DNA of 58,739 nucleotides from Nocardioides sp. (GCA_035691135.1 DASSJR010000149.1:1-58739), one strand, 5' to 3'; shown: positions 38,378 to 47,636, numbered from the stretch's first letter. Notes: a model not told the origin generated them from the sequence alone. Numbers and translations are program-made.

Positions 38378-39502
38378 TCACCTCCGGAACATCCGACGAC
38401 GGCGTGCACGGGTGCGCGATGCCGATGCGCGTGCACCTGGACGGCCGCCGGCCCGCGCGGTCCCGTCTCGCTCGGCGAGCAGACGTCGGGTCAGGTCCGC
38501 GTAACGGGCGAGAGTCTCCACGGTTGCGCGCGCGACGGCCGCCTCGTCGAGGGGGACGTAGGGAGCGGTTCGCGACTCCGAGGGCAGGAGACCGTCCTCC
38601 TGCCCCAGCATCTGGCACCCGTGGGCGCGCAGCTCCGCGATGACCGCACGCGCCCGAGCTTCTACCCAGGGCAGCTCCGTGTCCGGCAGCACGATTCGGG
38701 CGCTTGCCTGCCTCGGCAGGACACCCCCGCTGAAGGGTTTGCGGATCAGGTGCCTGTAGGCCGGTGAATAGTCAGCGAAGGCCTCCGGGAGCGCGGCGTT
38801 GACGCGGCGGAACACCTCGGCCTCGACGACTCCGTGAGAGGTGTTGGCGGGACGCCGGGGACGCTTGATCAACCTGTGGTCCAACCCGAGCGCCTCACCC
38901 ATGAGCCGGAACAGCCCGTCCGGGTCGACGGAGAACGACGGCACGACGACCAGAGTCGTCCGCGACGGATCGACCGCCTTCCAGCGCGTCAGGATGTCGA
39001 TCGGATCCTGGCGGCGCCAGAAATGCTCGCCCCAACGACCCTGTCGGTCACGGGCCAGACGAATGAAGTCGAGGTAGGTCTCGGCCATGCCGTGACGTAG
39101 GAATTGCTGATACTCCGAAGGAATCTGTTGTGCCCAGTCCCGGACCGTGATGATGAGATGGAGGTCGAGGCCAGCAGCCTCGGTCATTTCCAGCAGGCGT
39201 TCGATCGCTGGCGGATCGAGCTCCACCAGGTCCTCGTTGCTGATCAGCACGCGCTCGCCGGTGGCCTCGCGCAGCCGCGCAGTGGTCCGCTGCAGAGCCG
39301 CCTCGTCCCACCGCCTGACGAAACCCCTCGACGCGCGCCAACCGAACGGATCCAGGAACGCGCGTCGGTGCTCCCGACGGCCCACGAACGGGACTCCCAG
39401 GCCAGCAGCCTCGATGTCGGCGACCGACTTCCACAGGCCCGCCTGGAGGGACGAGGTCCCGGTCTTGCCGCAACCAACGTGGGCGAATAGCGGCCGGTTC
39501 AC
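38378..39502 (-). CDS. Sulfotransferase-fold protein (paralog 4)
   Basis: AHVGCGKTGTSSLQ; ISNE; TVRDWAQQIPSEYQQ; NTSHG; TAGAGT-N7-GTG. Confidence 0.75.
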   Translation of the reverse strand: MNRPLFAHVGCGKTGTSSLQAGLWKSVADIEAAGLGVPFVGRREHRRAFLDPFGWRASRGFVRRWDEAALQRTTARLREATGERVLISNEDLVELDPPAIERLLEMTEAAGLDLHLIITVRDWAQQIPSEYQQFLRHGMAETYLDFIRLARDRQGRWGEHFWRRQDPIDILTRWKAVDPSRTTLVVVPSFSVDPDGLFRLMGEALGLDHRLIKRPRRPANTSHGVVEAEVFRRVNAALPEAFADYSPAYRHLIRKPFSGGVLPRQASARIVLPDTELPWVEARARAVIAELRAHGCQMLGQEDGLLPSESRTAPYVPLDEAAVARATVETLARYADLTRRLLAERDGTARAGGRPGARASASRTRARRRRMFRR

Positions 39503-39662
39503 GCGCGTCACTCTACAGGCCAGGTCGGCGGCCACCGCGGCTCGCCCACGTTTCCCGAATCACGCAGGAGGAACGTTTCTCCGAGCACTCGTACGTCGAC
39601 TTCGACCCACTCCGCGAGCTGACTCGTCCACGAGTGGAAGCCCTTGCAGTCGCGCTATTTCG

Positions 39663-40778
39663 TTACTCTCGGCCGGCCAGCGAGCGGAGTCGATCGGCCA
39701 CGGTCCTGGCTCGCGATCGGGCCACCGGCAACCGTGGGCCGGAGGAGCGCCTCTCCTTCACGCGGATCGCCAGCATCCGTGCGAGGGCGGCAGATGCGGC
39801 TCTCGCGACCTCGCGCTCGCGCGGCCGCTCCGCCTCATCGCTGAACGCGGACTCGGGGCAACGCAGGTCGCCCAGCGTGCCCACCACGTGGTACCCGGCC
39901 TGCTCGAGGGCGGCTACCTGCCGGGTGGACACCTCCTCGCACCAGGGCTGGAGCCGGCTCGGCACCAGGATCTTGCGCGAGGTCTGGTCGCTCAGCACCT
40001 CTCCCGCGAAGAACCGCTTGCCGATCCCGCCGTACACCTGGCGTCGCAAGAGGTCGTCGGGCAGCTCCCGGTTGACGCGGCGCAACACCTCCGCCTGGAC
40101 CCGCCCGAGGCTGGTGTTGCTGGGGGTCTCCGGGTGAACCAGACCGGCGGGGTCGACGTCGATCACCCGGCAGAACCGTTCGAGCAGCAGGGTCGGGGGA
40201 CCACCGGAGGGCGGGACCGTGACGACATGGATCCGGCCTTCCGGGAGCTCGGCGGCCCATCGCGCCAGCACCGCCGGGGGATCCAGCTGGATCCAGGGGT
40301 GCCGGCCCGCACCCCTGCCCTCCATCTCCTGCAGCCGCCGCAGGTAGCGGTGGTAGGGGGTGGTGCGACCGGCCTTGAGATCCTGCTGCCACGCTGAGGG
40401 AACCGAGCGCGCCAGGTCGCGCACAGTGATGACGACGTGGACCTCGACGGAGTGGCACGCGGCCAGGAAACGCTGGACCTGGGCTGGCTTCGCCGCCGAG
40501 AGCGACTCCTGGCTCAGCAGCATCCGCGGCGCGGTGGTCCGGGCCAGCCGGGACTCGAACCGGGTCAGCGCTTCGGCCACGACTGCGGGATCTCGGCCGG
40601 GCTGATAGCGGTCGCGGACCAGGAGCATCAGCTGGAAGGCCTCCTTCTTGGTCGGCGGCACCAGCGCCAACCCCTGGGAGGCGAGCCGGTCGCGATTGCC
40701 GAGCATGACCGCCTGGAGGTACGTCGTACCCGTCTTCTGCAGGCCGATGTGGACGTAGAGACGGCGGCTGGTGGGCAT
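39663..40778 (-). CDS. Sulfotransferase-fold protein (paralog 5)
   Basis: VHIGLQKTGTTYLQ; LLSQE; TVRDLARSVPSAWQQ; NTSLG; AGGAG RBS. Confidence 0.78.
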   Translation of the reverse strand: MPTSRRLYVHIGLQKTGTTYLQAVMLGNRDRLASQGLALVPPTKKEAFQLMLLVRDRYQPGRDPAVVAEALTRFESRLARTTAPRMLLSQESLSAAKPAQVQRFLAACHSVEVHVVITVRDLARSVPSAWQQDLKAGRTTPYHRYLRRLQEMEGRGAGRHPWIQLDPPAVLARWAAELPEGRIHVVTVPPSGGPPTLLLERFCRVIDVDPAGLVHPETPSNTSLGRVQAEVLRRVNRELPDDLLRRQVYGGIGKRFFAGEVLSDQTSRKILVPSRLQPWCEEVSTRQVAALEQAGYHVVGTLGDLRCPESAFSDEAERPREREVARAASAALARMLAIRVKERRSSGPRLPVARSRARTVADRLRSLAGRE

Positions 40779-40857
40779 GGCCAACTCCTACGCCATCGCC
40801 CGGCCGCTCAGCAAGCTGGGTCAGGCTCATCCGACCCCACGGCCGGACACCGGTGAC

Positions 40858-42270
40858 TCAGACCCCGCCAAACGCCGCGCGGGCTGCGTCCATCTCCGTC
40901 GTGGAGTTGGTGATCCGGGCAGTGGTCCGGCGGGTGATGACGGTACGGCGGAGCGCACGCGAGACGTCGACCCGCTCCTTCCCCCCACCATCGGCACCGC
41001 TCACCAGCAGCAGCGAGACCGGCTCGTTCGCCTCCCACTGTGTGCGGCACGCATCCTGGCAGCGCCGGAGCCAGCTGCCGTTGGCGTCGAGGGTCTGTTT
41101 CAACTTTCGCTCGACCGCCGTCAGCTGCAGGCTTCGGGTGGTGACCCGAACCCGGACGCCCCGGGCCTCTGCAAGGCGCAGCGCGCGGTCGACGACACCC
41201 AGGTTCATCCCCCGCGTGCCGAGCTGCACGGTGTCCCCAGCCGCTGTCTGGGCGAGGTGGTGGCGCAGCTCCCTCGCCACGGCGCGCCGCTCCTCGGTGG
41301 TGCCATTCGGCTTGTTCTGGACGGTGGCGGTCACCTCGGGCTGGGGTGCCTCCGTGGTCCACGAGAGCCCGGCCACGACGGCATCGTGATCCGAGTTGAG
41401 CTCGACCGGCCGGTGCCAGTCCGCCTGGAGCTGGCCCTTGCCGCGGACGAACACGTAGTCGATGGTGGCGTCGTGGTGATCGCCGGTGGGGAATGACGTG
41501 CCCAGCAGGTCGTACGTGGGCCGCAGCCGCGCCTCTGTGAGGAGGTCCCGCGGATAGCGGGGGCCGTTGTAGGGGACGTTGAAGTCACCGCCCACGAGCA
41601 CCGGACCGAAACTGCTCAGCTCACCCACCAGTCGGCTGACCTTGCGGACGGTCGGCCGGAGCAGGTCGACCAGGTTGCCGTTGTCGTCCTTGAAGGGCGG
41701 AGCCACGTGCACCGACACGACGGACAGGTGGCGCCCCTCGGGGGACTCGAGACTCACGTAGTTCGCGTAGCGGATCCCGAGGTAGGTGCGCTTCCCCGGA
41801 GGCCTCGTGGGGTAGTAGGAAATGCGCCTGGTGCCGTGTGCCACGTCCGTCCACTTGTTGGTCTTCCACGCGACCGGAGTGTTACCGAAGTAGTGGCCCG
41901 GCGTCCTCCACAGCGTGTATCCGTCAGGCGCCAGGAACATGTCCTGGCGGTTGTAGACCTCGTTGTAGGTGATGAGGTCCGGGTGCTGCGCGATCACCTC
42001 GCGCGCATCCTGCTGGAACCTCGTGGCGGTCTGAGGCGAGCGCAGGTTCGCGGTCACGATCCTGATGTCGCTGGCGCTTTCGACCACCGCTGCCTGCGCG
42101 CTGGTGGTGCCCGGGGCGCCGACGGAGAGGGCGAGGGCCTGCGCCGCGAGAAGGGCCACCAGGCCGGCGCGGCCGACAAGGCCGCGGGCCCGAGTCCGGA
42201 CCAGGGGATTCGCTGCGGGGGACACTGGGGCTCCTCTAAAATTCGAGGGGTCCTCCGAGACGGGCCCCAT
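40858..42270 (-). CDS. Secreted endonuclease/exonuclease/phosphatase (EEP) protein with a degenerate PLD-like C-terminal domain
   Basis: Signal peptide; TANL, YNEV, SVH, GGDFN, IDYVF, SDHDAV; C-terminus aligns by eye with the first half of 46332..47636. Confidence 0.82.
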   Translation of the reverse strand: MGPVSEDPSNFRGAPVSPAANPLVRTRARGLVGRAGLVALLAAQALALSVGAPGTTSAQAAVVESASDIRIVTANLRSPQTATRFQQDAREVIAQHPDLITYNEVYNRQDMFLAPDGYTLWRTPGHYFGNTPVAWKTNKWTDVAHGTRRISYYPTRPPGKRTYLGIRYANYVSLESPEGRHLSVVSVHVAPPFKDDNGNLVDLLRPTVRKVSRLVGELSSFGPVLVGGDFNVPYNGPRYPRDLLTEARLRPTYDLLGTSFPTGDHHDATIDYVFVRGKGQLQADWHRPVELNSDHDAVVAGLSWTTEAPQPEVTATVQNKPNGTTEERRAVARELRHHLAQTAAGDTVQLGTRGMNLGVVDRALRLAEARGVRVRVTTRSLQLTAVERKLKQTLDANGSWLRRCQDACRTQWEANEPVSLLLVSGADGGGKERVDVSRALRRTVITRRTTARITNSTTEMDAARAAFGGV

Positions 42271-42400
42271 CTGCAGCAGTTATCACATCAGCCACATCTG
42301 TCACTCGCAACCCGTTCCAATGAATCCCAGAACTGTAATTCGTTCTCCGGGCCCGGACGGCTCGGTCCAACGGCCGGAGGCGGTTGGCTAGCCTCTCTGC

Positions 42401-43456
42401 ATGCTCGTCACGGCCAGCACGATCCTGGACACGCCGGCCAATGTGCGGCGGTTCGTTGCGGACAATCTGGCGATGGGCGTCGACCACATGGTCGTGTTCC
42501 TCGACGACCCCCAGGCCCCGGACCAGGACCAGGTGGCGGACGAGCTGAGTCGTCGCGGGCAGGTCACGTGCGTTCCCACGGGACGGGACTGGTGGGCCGG
42601 GGACCGCCCCCAGGGCCTCAACGTGCGGCAACGGATCAACGTCAATCTGGCGCTCCAGCTGCTCACGGGCTTCGAGTGGGCCCAATGGGTCTTCCACATC
42701 GACGGCGACGAGGTGGTGGCCGTCGACCGAGAGGTGCTCTCAGCGGTCCCGGCCGACGCTGACGCGGTGTGGCTCACCCCTCTGGAGTGCGTCAGCCAGT
42801 TCGGCGCCACCGAGCGGCCGACGCTCTTCAAGCGGCTGCTGGACGACGAGGACCTCAACCTCCTGCACATGCTGGGTGTGGTCTCCGCACCGACCAACTC
42901 GGCGTACTTCCACGGGCACGTCCTGGGCAAGTCCGGCGTACGGCCGGGCTCAGGGCTCCGACTCACGCTCCACGACGCGGTGACCACGTCAGGTGACAAG
43001 GTGCCGAGGCATGAGGACCCTCGCCTGCGCGTTCTCCACCATGACGCGGTCTCGGGCGAGGAGTTCATCCGCAAGTGGACCGCGTTGCTCGGCGCGGGAC
43101 CCGCTCGGTTCCGCAAGGACCGGGCTCCGACCGTCAACGCGCTGCGCACGCTGACCGGCAAGGACATTCCCGCGCCGATCGCCGAGAAGTACCTGCGGCG
43201 CATCTATGAAGCCACGACCGAGGACGACGTGACCACGCTCCACGACCTCGGGCTCCTCGAGGAGGTCGACCCGGGTCGGGGAACCCACGTTCCCCAGCCG
43301 ATCGCCGAGAGCGACCGCGAGACCCTCGTCCAGAGGTTCGCCGAAGTGCGCGACGTGCCGAAGCGGCCCTTCCATGTGATCCAGCGGCCAGGGCCGGCCA
43401 AGGCGAAGAGCCGCCGGCAACGTCTGCGCGGGCTGCGCGCCCGGGTCCGGGCGTAG
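42401..43456 (+). CDS. GT-A fold glycosyltransferase (GT2-like, Glyco_tranf_2_4 type)
   Basis: GVDHMVVFLDD, RQRIN, WVFHIDGDE (DxD), GKS; TAGCCT-N6-ATG. Confidence 0.82.
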   Translation: MLVTASTILDTPANVRRFVADNLAMGVDHMVVFLDDPQAPDQDQVADELSRRGQVTCVPTGRDWWAGDRPQGLNVRQRINVNLALQLLTGFEWAQWVFHIDGDEVVAVDREVLSAVPADADAVWLTPLECVSQFGATERPTLFKRLLDDEDLNLLHMLGVVSAPTNSAYFHGHVLGKSGVRPGSGLRLTLHDAVTTSGDKVPRHEDPRLRVLHHDAVSGEEFIRKWTALLGAGPARFRKDRAPTVNALRTLTGKDIPAPIAEKYLRRIYEATTEDDVTTLHDLGLLEEVDPGRGTHVPQPIAESDRETLVQRFAEVRDVPKRPFHVIQRPGPAKAKSRRQRLRGLRARVRA

Positions 43457-43466
43457 GGAGGGGTCC

Positions 43467-44576
43467 TCAGCCCCTGGGCCGGCCAAGACGGGTCCGCAGG
43501 CGTCGCCAGGCACGCCGCCCTCGCTCGACGTAGCGCCTGCCGTTCGGGGGCGGTCTGCGGCTTGCGGTCCGCAGCGCCCGCACGTCCCCCAGCATGGTGG
43601 CGGCCAGCTCCACGGCGACCTCGGCCACCTCGGCGTCGGTCACGGAGGCGGCACGTCGGCGCGGCTCGAGCTCGTCAGGGACCAGCAGGTGCTCGAGCCG
43701 CCCCGACACGTCGAAGCCACCCTCCTGCAGGTACGACACCGCCGAAACCGCCCGCTGCCGGCACTCCGCGACCTGGTCCGGCTCGGGCCAGAACTTCTCG
43801 CCCTTCCTGGGCACCAGGCGTTCATCGGCCAGGAACGTGCGGATGTAGACGCCCTTGTCGAAGGCCCGGTTGAAGCCTTCCAGGCGCGTGTTGATGCGCC
43901 TCAGCGTCTCGGCCTCGGCCACGCCCATCGAGGTGTTGGGGAAGGACTCGGAGAGGTCGAAGGCGTCCGGGTCGACATCGAGCAGCGCTGCAAATCGACG
44001 CCAGATGTCGTCCCTCTCCGCCGTGGGGTCGAGCACGAGGACGTGGATGCGTTCAGGGGGAACGGCCTTCGACCACCGCTGGAGCACGAGCCTGAGGTCG
44101 AGCGTCCGCCAGTTCCAGATCACCGTGGGGCTCTTCGAGACCCGGCGTGCGTAGTCGGCCATGGGGGTCGTCGAACCGTTCTTCAGGCTTTCCTGCCAGC
44201 TGGCCGTGAAAAGTCCGAGCGGCTCGCGTGCCGTGACGACTACGTGCACCTCGGCGTCGGCAAGTGCCGTCACCAGACGGCGGGCCTGGCGGCCGGAGGC
44301 GGCGGCGAAGAACTCATGGCTGAGCAGGCCGGTGCCGGAGGACGACGCAAGCTCGCGTTGCAACCGCGTCCACGCCGTCCGGTGCAGCTCAGGTGCCCGC
44401 TCCTGGTGCGGGTCTTCGCGAACCTCCCGGGACGCCCACAGGTGGTCGGTCCTTCTGCTGCCGGGTACCACGACTCCCGCGAGCCGCAACCGGTCCCGGT
44501 TGCTCCAGATGATCGTCTGAAGGTAGGAGGTCGCGGTCTTCGGCAGCCCGATGTGGACGAAGACGCGGTCGACCAC
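43467..44576 (-). CDS. Sulfotransferase-fold protein (paralog 6)
   Basis: VHIGLPKTATSYLQ; LLSHE; TAREP...SWQESLK; NTSMG. Confidence 0.78.
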   Translation of the reverse strand: MVDRVFVHIGLPKTATSYLQTIIWSNRDRLRLAGVVVPGSRRTDHLWASREVREDPHQERAPELHRTAWTRLQRELASSSGTGLLSHEFFAAASGRQARRLVTALADAEVHVVVTAREPLGLFTASWQESLKNGSTTPMADYARRVSKSPTVIWNWRTLDLRLVLQRWSKAVPPERIHVLVLDPTAERDDIWRRFAALLDVDPDAFDLSESFPNTSMGVAEAETLRRINTRLEGFNRAFDKGVYIRTFLADERLVPRKGEKFWPEPDQVAECRQRAVSAVSYLQEGGFDVSGRLEHLLVPDELEPRRRAASVTDAEVAEVAVELAATMLGDVRALRTASRRPPPNGRRYVERGRRAWRRLRTRLGRPRG

Positions 44577-44804
44577 TCAGAGACTCTTGTTGAATCGCTC
44601 GATGGCCTCCTGGACCCTTGCCTCGTCGCGCGAGGCAAGAGGGATCAGGAGCTCCTGGATCACGTCGGAGATCTCGGCCAGCCGCAGGTTGTGCTGGCGC
44701 ACCTCGGACATGTCGGCTTCGAGGTCGGCGACCCGTTGCTCCAGCTCGGCGACGGACCTGAGGCGGGCGACGACGTTCAGCTTGTCCCTGACGTTCACGC
44801 TCAC
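44577..44804 (-). CDS. Small coiled-coil protein (DUF6752-like)
   Basis: LEQRVADLEADMSEVRQHNLRLAEISDVIQELLIP; GTGA overlap upstream; abuts the next start. Confidence 0.75.
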   Translation of the reverse strand: MSVNVRDKLNVVARLRSVAELEQRVADLEADMSEVRQHNLRLAEISDVIQELLIPLASRDEARVQEAIERFNKSL

Positions 44805-46324
44805 CACTCTCCCACGAGTCGAATCGTCCGCCGCTTCCCGCCCGTGACCTCGGTGTGGCTGACGCTCTTCGCCCCGCCCTCGATGAGCCACTCGGCCATC
44901 TGGCCGGGGTCCACGTCGCTGATGGTCCACGGGACGTCCTCGCCTGGCTCGACGAACTCCGCGACCAGGGTGCCGCCTGAACGCAGGGCCATGGCGCACC
45001 AGCGTGCGAATCCACGACGGCCCCCGGAGTCGGTCGCGTCGAGGACGTGCCTGGCGAGCACGACGCGCGGGGTCGGTTCATGGGCGAGACGGGTCCCCTC
45101 GCCGAAGACCGAGCGCAGCTCGGTGAGGTTGAGCTCTCGTACGTCGAGCGCGAGCCCCTCTTCCTGCGCGGTCGCTCCCACGGCCGCAAGGCCGCTGGCG
45201 GCCGCGTAGTCGTAGGCGGTGACCTGATGCCCCTGCCGCGCCAGCCAGAGGCTGTCGGCCCCCTTGCCGGCGCCGACCTCCAGCACCGGGGCGCCGAGCC
45301 TGCGCGCCTCGCGGTCGACCTGACGGGCCGCCGGCGAGGGTCCCCGTTGCGGGAGCTCGCGCATCCGCCGGCTGAAGCGACGCTGCCAGAACCGCCGGTT
45401 GGGACCGAGTCCCCGGAACCAGTCGTTGAACGCGCGCGTGGTCCGCACCGAGGTGCTGAACTGGAAGGCAGGGTCCGGCACCCGCCATCCACGCCCGTAC
45501 ATCGCTTCCAGCAGTCGCTCCGGTTCGGCGGGCACCGGCATCTCGACGCCCTCGAGCATGCTGGTTGTCAGGGGGTGGATCCAGGAGCGCTCGAACTCCA
45601 CCCCGACCTCACCCAGGACGTACAGCCGTCCGCCGCTGAAGAAGCCCCCGAAGACGTCCAGGCCCCGGACGACGCCGTCACCCTCGGTCACCTGGACCTG
45701 GAACGCGGCTCCGCTGTAACGGCTGGTCTCGAAACCGAGGCGGACCAGCTCACGCTGCAGTCGGAAAGACTCCCGCGAGACGTCGACCGGGTTCTCGCAG
45801 TCGCTCACATAACAGACGTCGGCGTCCGAGTCGTGGCCGAGGACAGCTCCTTCGCGGATGGCGCCGAGCAAGGTGCCGTAGCCGAGAAAGGGCTTCACCC
45901 CTGCCGACTCGAGGGCCTCGAGGACCGACCGGGTGGCCGCAACGAGATTCGCGATGTCGCCACGGCCGCGGGTCTCGAAGGTCGGCATCAGCTTGCCCGA
46001 CTTGTCGTACCCGAGCTGCATCCCCCGCCGGTTGACGACGCGGATCCGATCGTCACCGTCGCCGAAGGAGACCTCTTCGTCGAAGTACGACACCGAGGCC
46101 CCGGGCTCCCGGACGACCACGTTGGTGCGGCCGTCGAGGAATCGGCGCAGCGGTCCCGGCCACGGCGCCAGCCGGCGCCCGACCCGGAGGGGCTCGGTGT
46201 CGCGGCGCACCCAGAAGGACCAGATTCGCTGGCCGTCGAACAGGACGTCGACGGCCAGGTCCTCCCGGCTGCTCACGACGATCCCCTGCTCGTCGACGCT
46301 GCGGACGCGCAGAGGTCTGACCAC
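44801..46324 (-). CDS. LicD-like phosphotransferase fused to a class I SAM methyltransferase
   Basis: GYGTLLGAIREGAVLGHDSDADV, LDVF and LEAMYGRGWRVP (LicD); VLEVGAGKGADSLWLARQGHQVTAYD (MTase). Confidence 0.82.
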   Translation of the reverse strand: MVRPLRVRSVDEQGIVVSSREDLAVDVLFDGQRIWSFWVRRDTEPLRVGRRLAPWPGPLRRFLDGRTNVVVREPGASVSYFDEEVSFGDGDDRIRVVNRRGMQLGYDKSGKLMPTFETRGRGDIANLVAATRSVLEALESAGVKPFLGYGTLLGAIREGAVLGHDSDADVCYVSDCENPVDVSRESFRLQRELVRLGFETSRYSGAAFQVQVTEGDGVVRGLDVFGGFFSGGRLYVLGEVGVEFERSWIHPLTTSMLEGVEMPVPAEPERLLEAMYGRGWRVPDPAFQFSTSVRTTRAFNDWFRGLGPNRRFWQRRFSRRMRELPQRGPSPAARQVDREARRLGAPVLEVGAGKGADSLWLARQGHQVTAYDYAAASGLAAVGATAQEEGLALDVRELNLTELRSVFGEGTRLAHEPTPRVVLARHVLDATDSGGRRGFARWCAMALRSGGTLVAEFVEPGEDVPWTISDVDPGQMAEWLIEGGAKSVSHTEVTGGKRRTIRLVGEW

Positions 46325-46331
46325 CGCTGGC

Positions 46332-47636
46332 TCAGTCCGTGTCGACGTGGGCGTAGGGGTCGACCCCGTTGATCGGCCCGGTGCCGAAGAGCAACCCGTC
46401 GACGAGCCGACCGTCCTGCGCCGCCTGCGCAGTCATCCGGGACGACCGGTTCGACTGGTTGAACCCGGACCACCCGAACCAGTAGCCGAGGAACTCCTCG
46501 TACCGCTGCGTGATCCCCTGACGCCAGTGGACGCCGAGGTTCTCGTCGGAACGGAAGCCGCGGCTGGACCAGTTCGACGACCCGTTGAGGGTGAGCCAGT
46601 TGCTGCGGTCGCCCCCGACGTGGCCCACGACGCTCATCGCCTTGAGGTGGAAGTAGTTGTCGAAGACGCCGTCACCGTTGACGTCCTGCACCAGGTGGCG
46701 CATCGGCACGCCTCGACCACGCTGGCCGGGACGACGCAGCATCTGGCCGACGGTCCTGCCCACGATCGTGTAGCCGACGCGGAGGTCGCAGCCGTTCTGC
46801 CACAGCTGCCAGATCTTGCGGCCCAGCCGCATGCCGCGCTCTTCACGGAGCACGTCCGGGGCGATGAGGAGTCGGGTCCGGTGCGAGGAGGTGTTGGTGG
46901 CCCCGTGGCACCTGACCTTGTTGAGGAGGTTCATGACGGGGTCGTACTTCCGCGGCCCAGGGAAGAACATGAACTGGTCAGACCCATTGCTCCACGAGGT
47001 GTAGGGCGACGGCACCGGACGGTCCTTGGCCATCTCGGAGAAGACGTGCACGAAGAACTTGTAGGGACGCTCGCGGTTGACACTGGTGAAGACGTCGTTC
47101 CACTGATTGGTCGTCGAGGCGACGGTGAGATTGGCCGAGCCGTGGATGACCACGTTGCGTGCCCGCCCGGAACGGGAGAACAGGTAGTACTTGGCGTGGG
47201 CAGCACCGGACCTCCCCCGGCAGGACTGGCTGCACAGTCGCGCCCAGCTGTGGCGATCCTTCCTGCGGTGGGCGTTGCCCTGGCGCAGGCCGTGGTGCAG
47301 CCGGGCCCAACTGGTGTTGTCGATCGCAGCGGCGTTGGAACGCGACATCAGCACGCGCACCCGCACTCCGCGGCGTTGGGCTCTCAGCAGCCGGTCGACC
47401 GCGGCCCTGGACTGGATGTTCCAGCTCATGATCCGGATGTCCTGGCCACGCGGCGTCGAGCGGATGCTGCGGAGGAGCTTGTCGAAGATCGCCTGCTTCT
47501 TCGCGTGGCTCCCGACCGGGGAGTTGTAGGTGATGCCGGGTCGCGGGGTGTACCTGCCCGCGTTTGCCGCCGGGATCTCGAAGACCGCAGCGAGCAGGGC
47601 GATGACGACCACGACTACGGCGCGCCTGAAAAACAT
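46332..47636 (-). CDS. Secreted phospholipase D-superfamily protein
   Basis: Signal peptide; two HxK motifs, HAKYYL...GSANL and HLKAMS...GSSNW. Confidence 0.85.
   Translation of the reverse strand: MFFRRAVVVVVIALLAAVFEIPAANAGRYTPRPGITYNSPVGSHAKKQAIFDKLLRSIRSTPRGQDIRIMSWNIQSRAAVDRLLRAQRRGVRVRVLMSRSNAAAIDNTSWARLHHGLRQGNAHRRKDRHSWARLCSQSCRGRSGAAHAKYYLFSRSGRARNVVIHGSANLTVASTTNQWNDVFTSVNRERPYKFFVHVFSEMAKDRPVPSPYTSWSNGSDQFMFFPGPRKYDPVMNLLNKVRCHGATNTSSHRTRLLIAPDVLREERGMRLGRKIWQLWQNGCDLRVGYTIVGRTVGQMLRRPGQRGRGVPMRHLVQDVNGDGVFDNYFHLKAMSVVGHVGGDRSNWLTLNGSSNWSSRGFRSDENLGVHWRQGITQRYEEFLGYWFGWSGFNQSNRSSRMTAQAAQDGRLVDGLLFGTGPINGVDPYAHVDTD

Noticed and set aside
40858-47636. PLD and EEP as an anti-phage nuclease system
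   Set aside because: Both have signal peptides, and there are no helicase, DNA methylase or other defence partners
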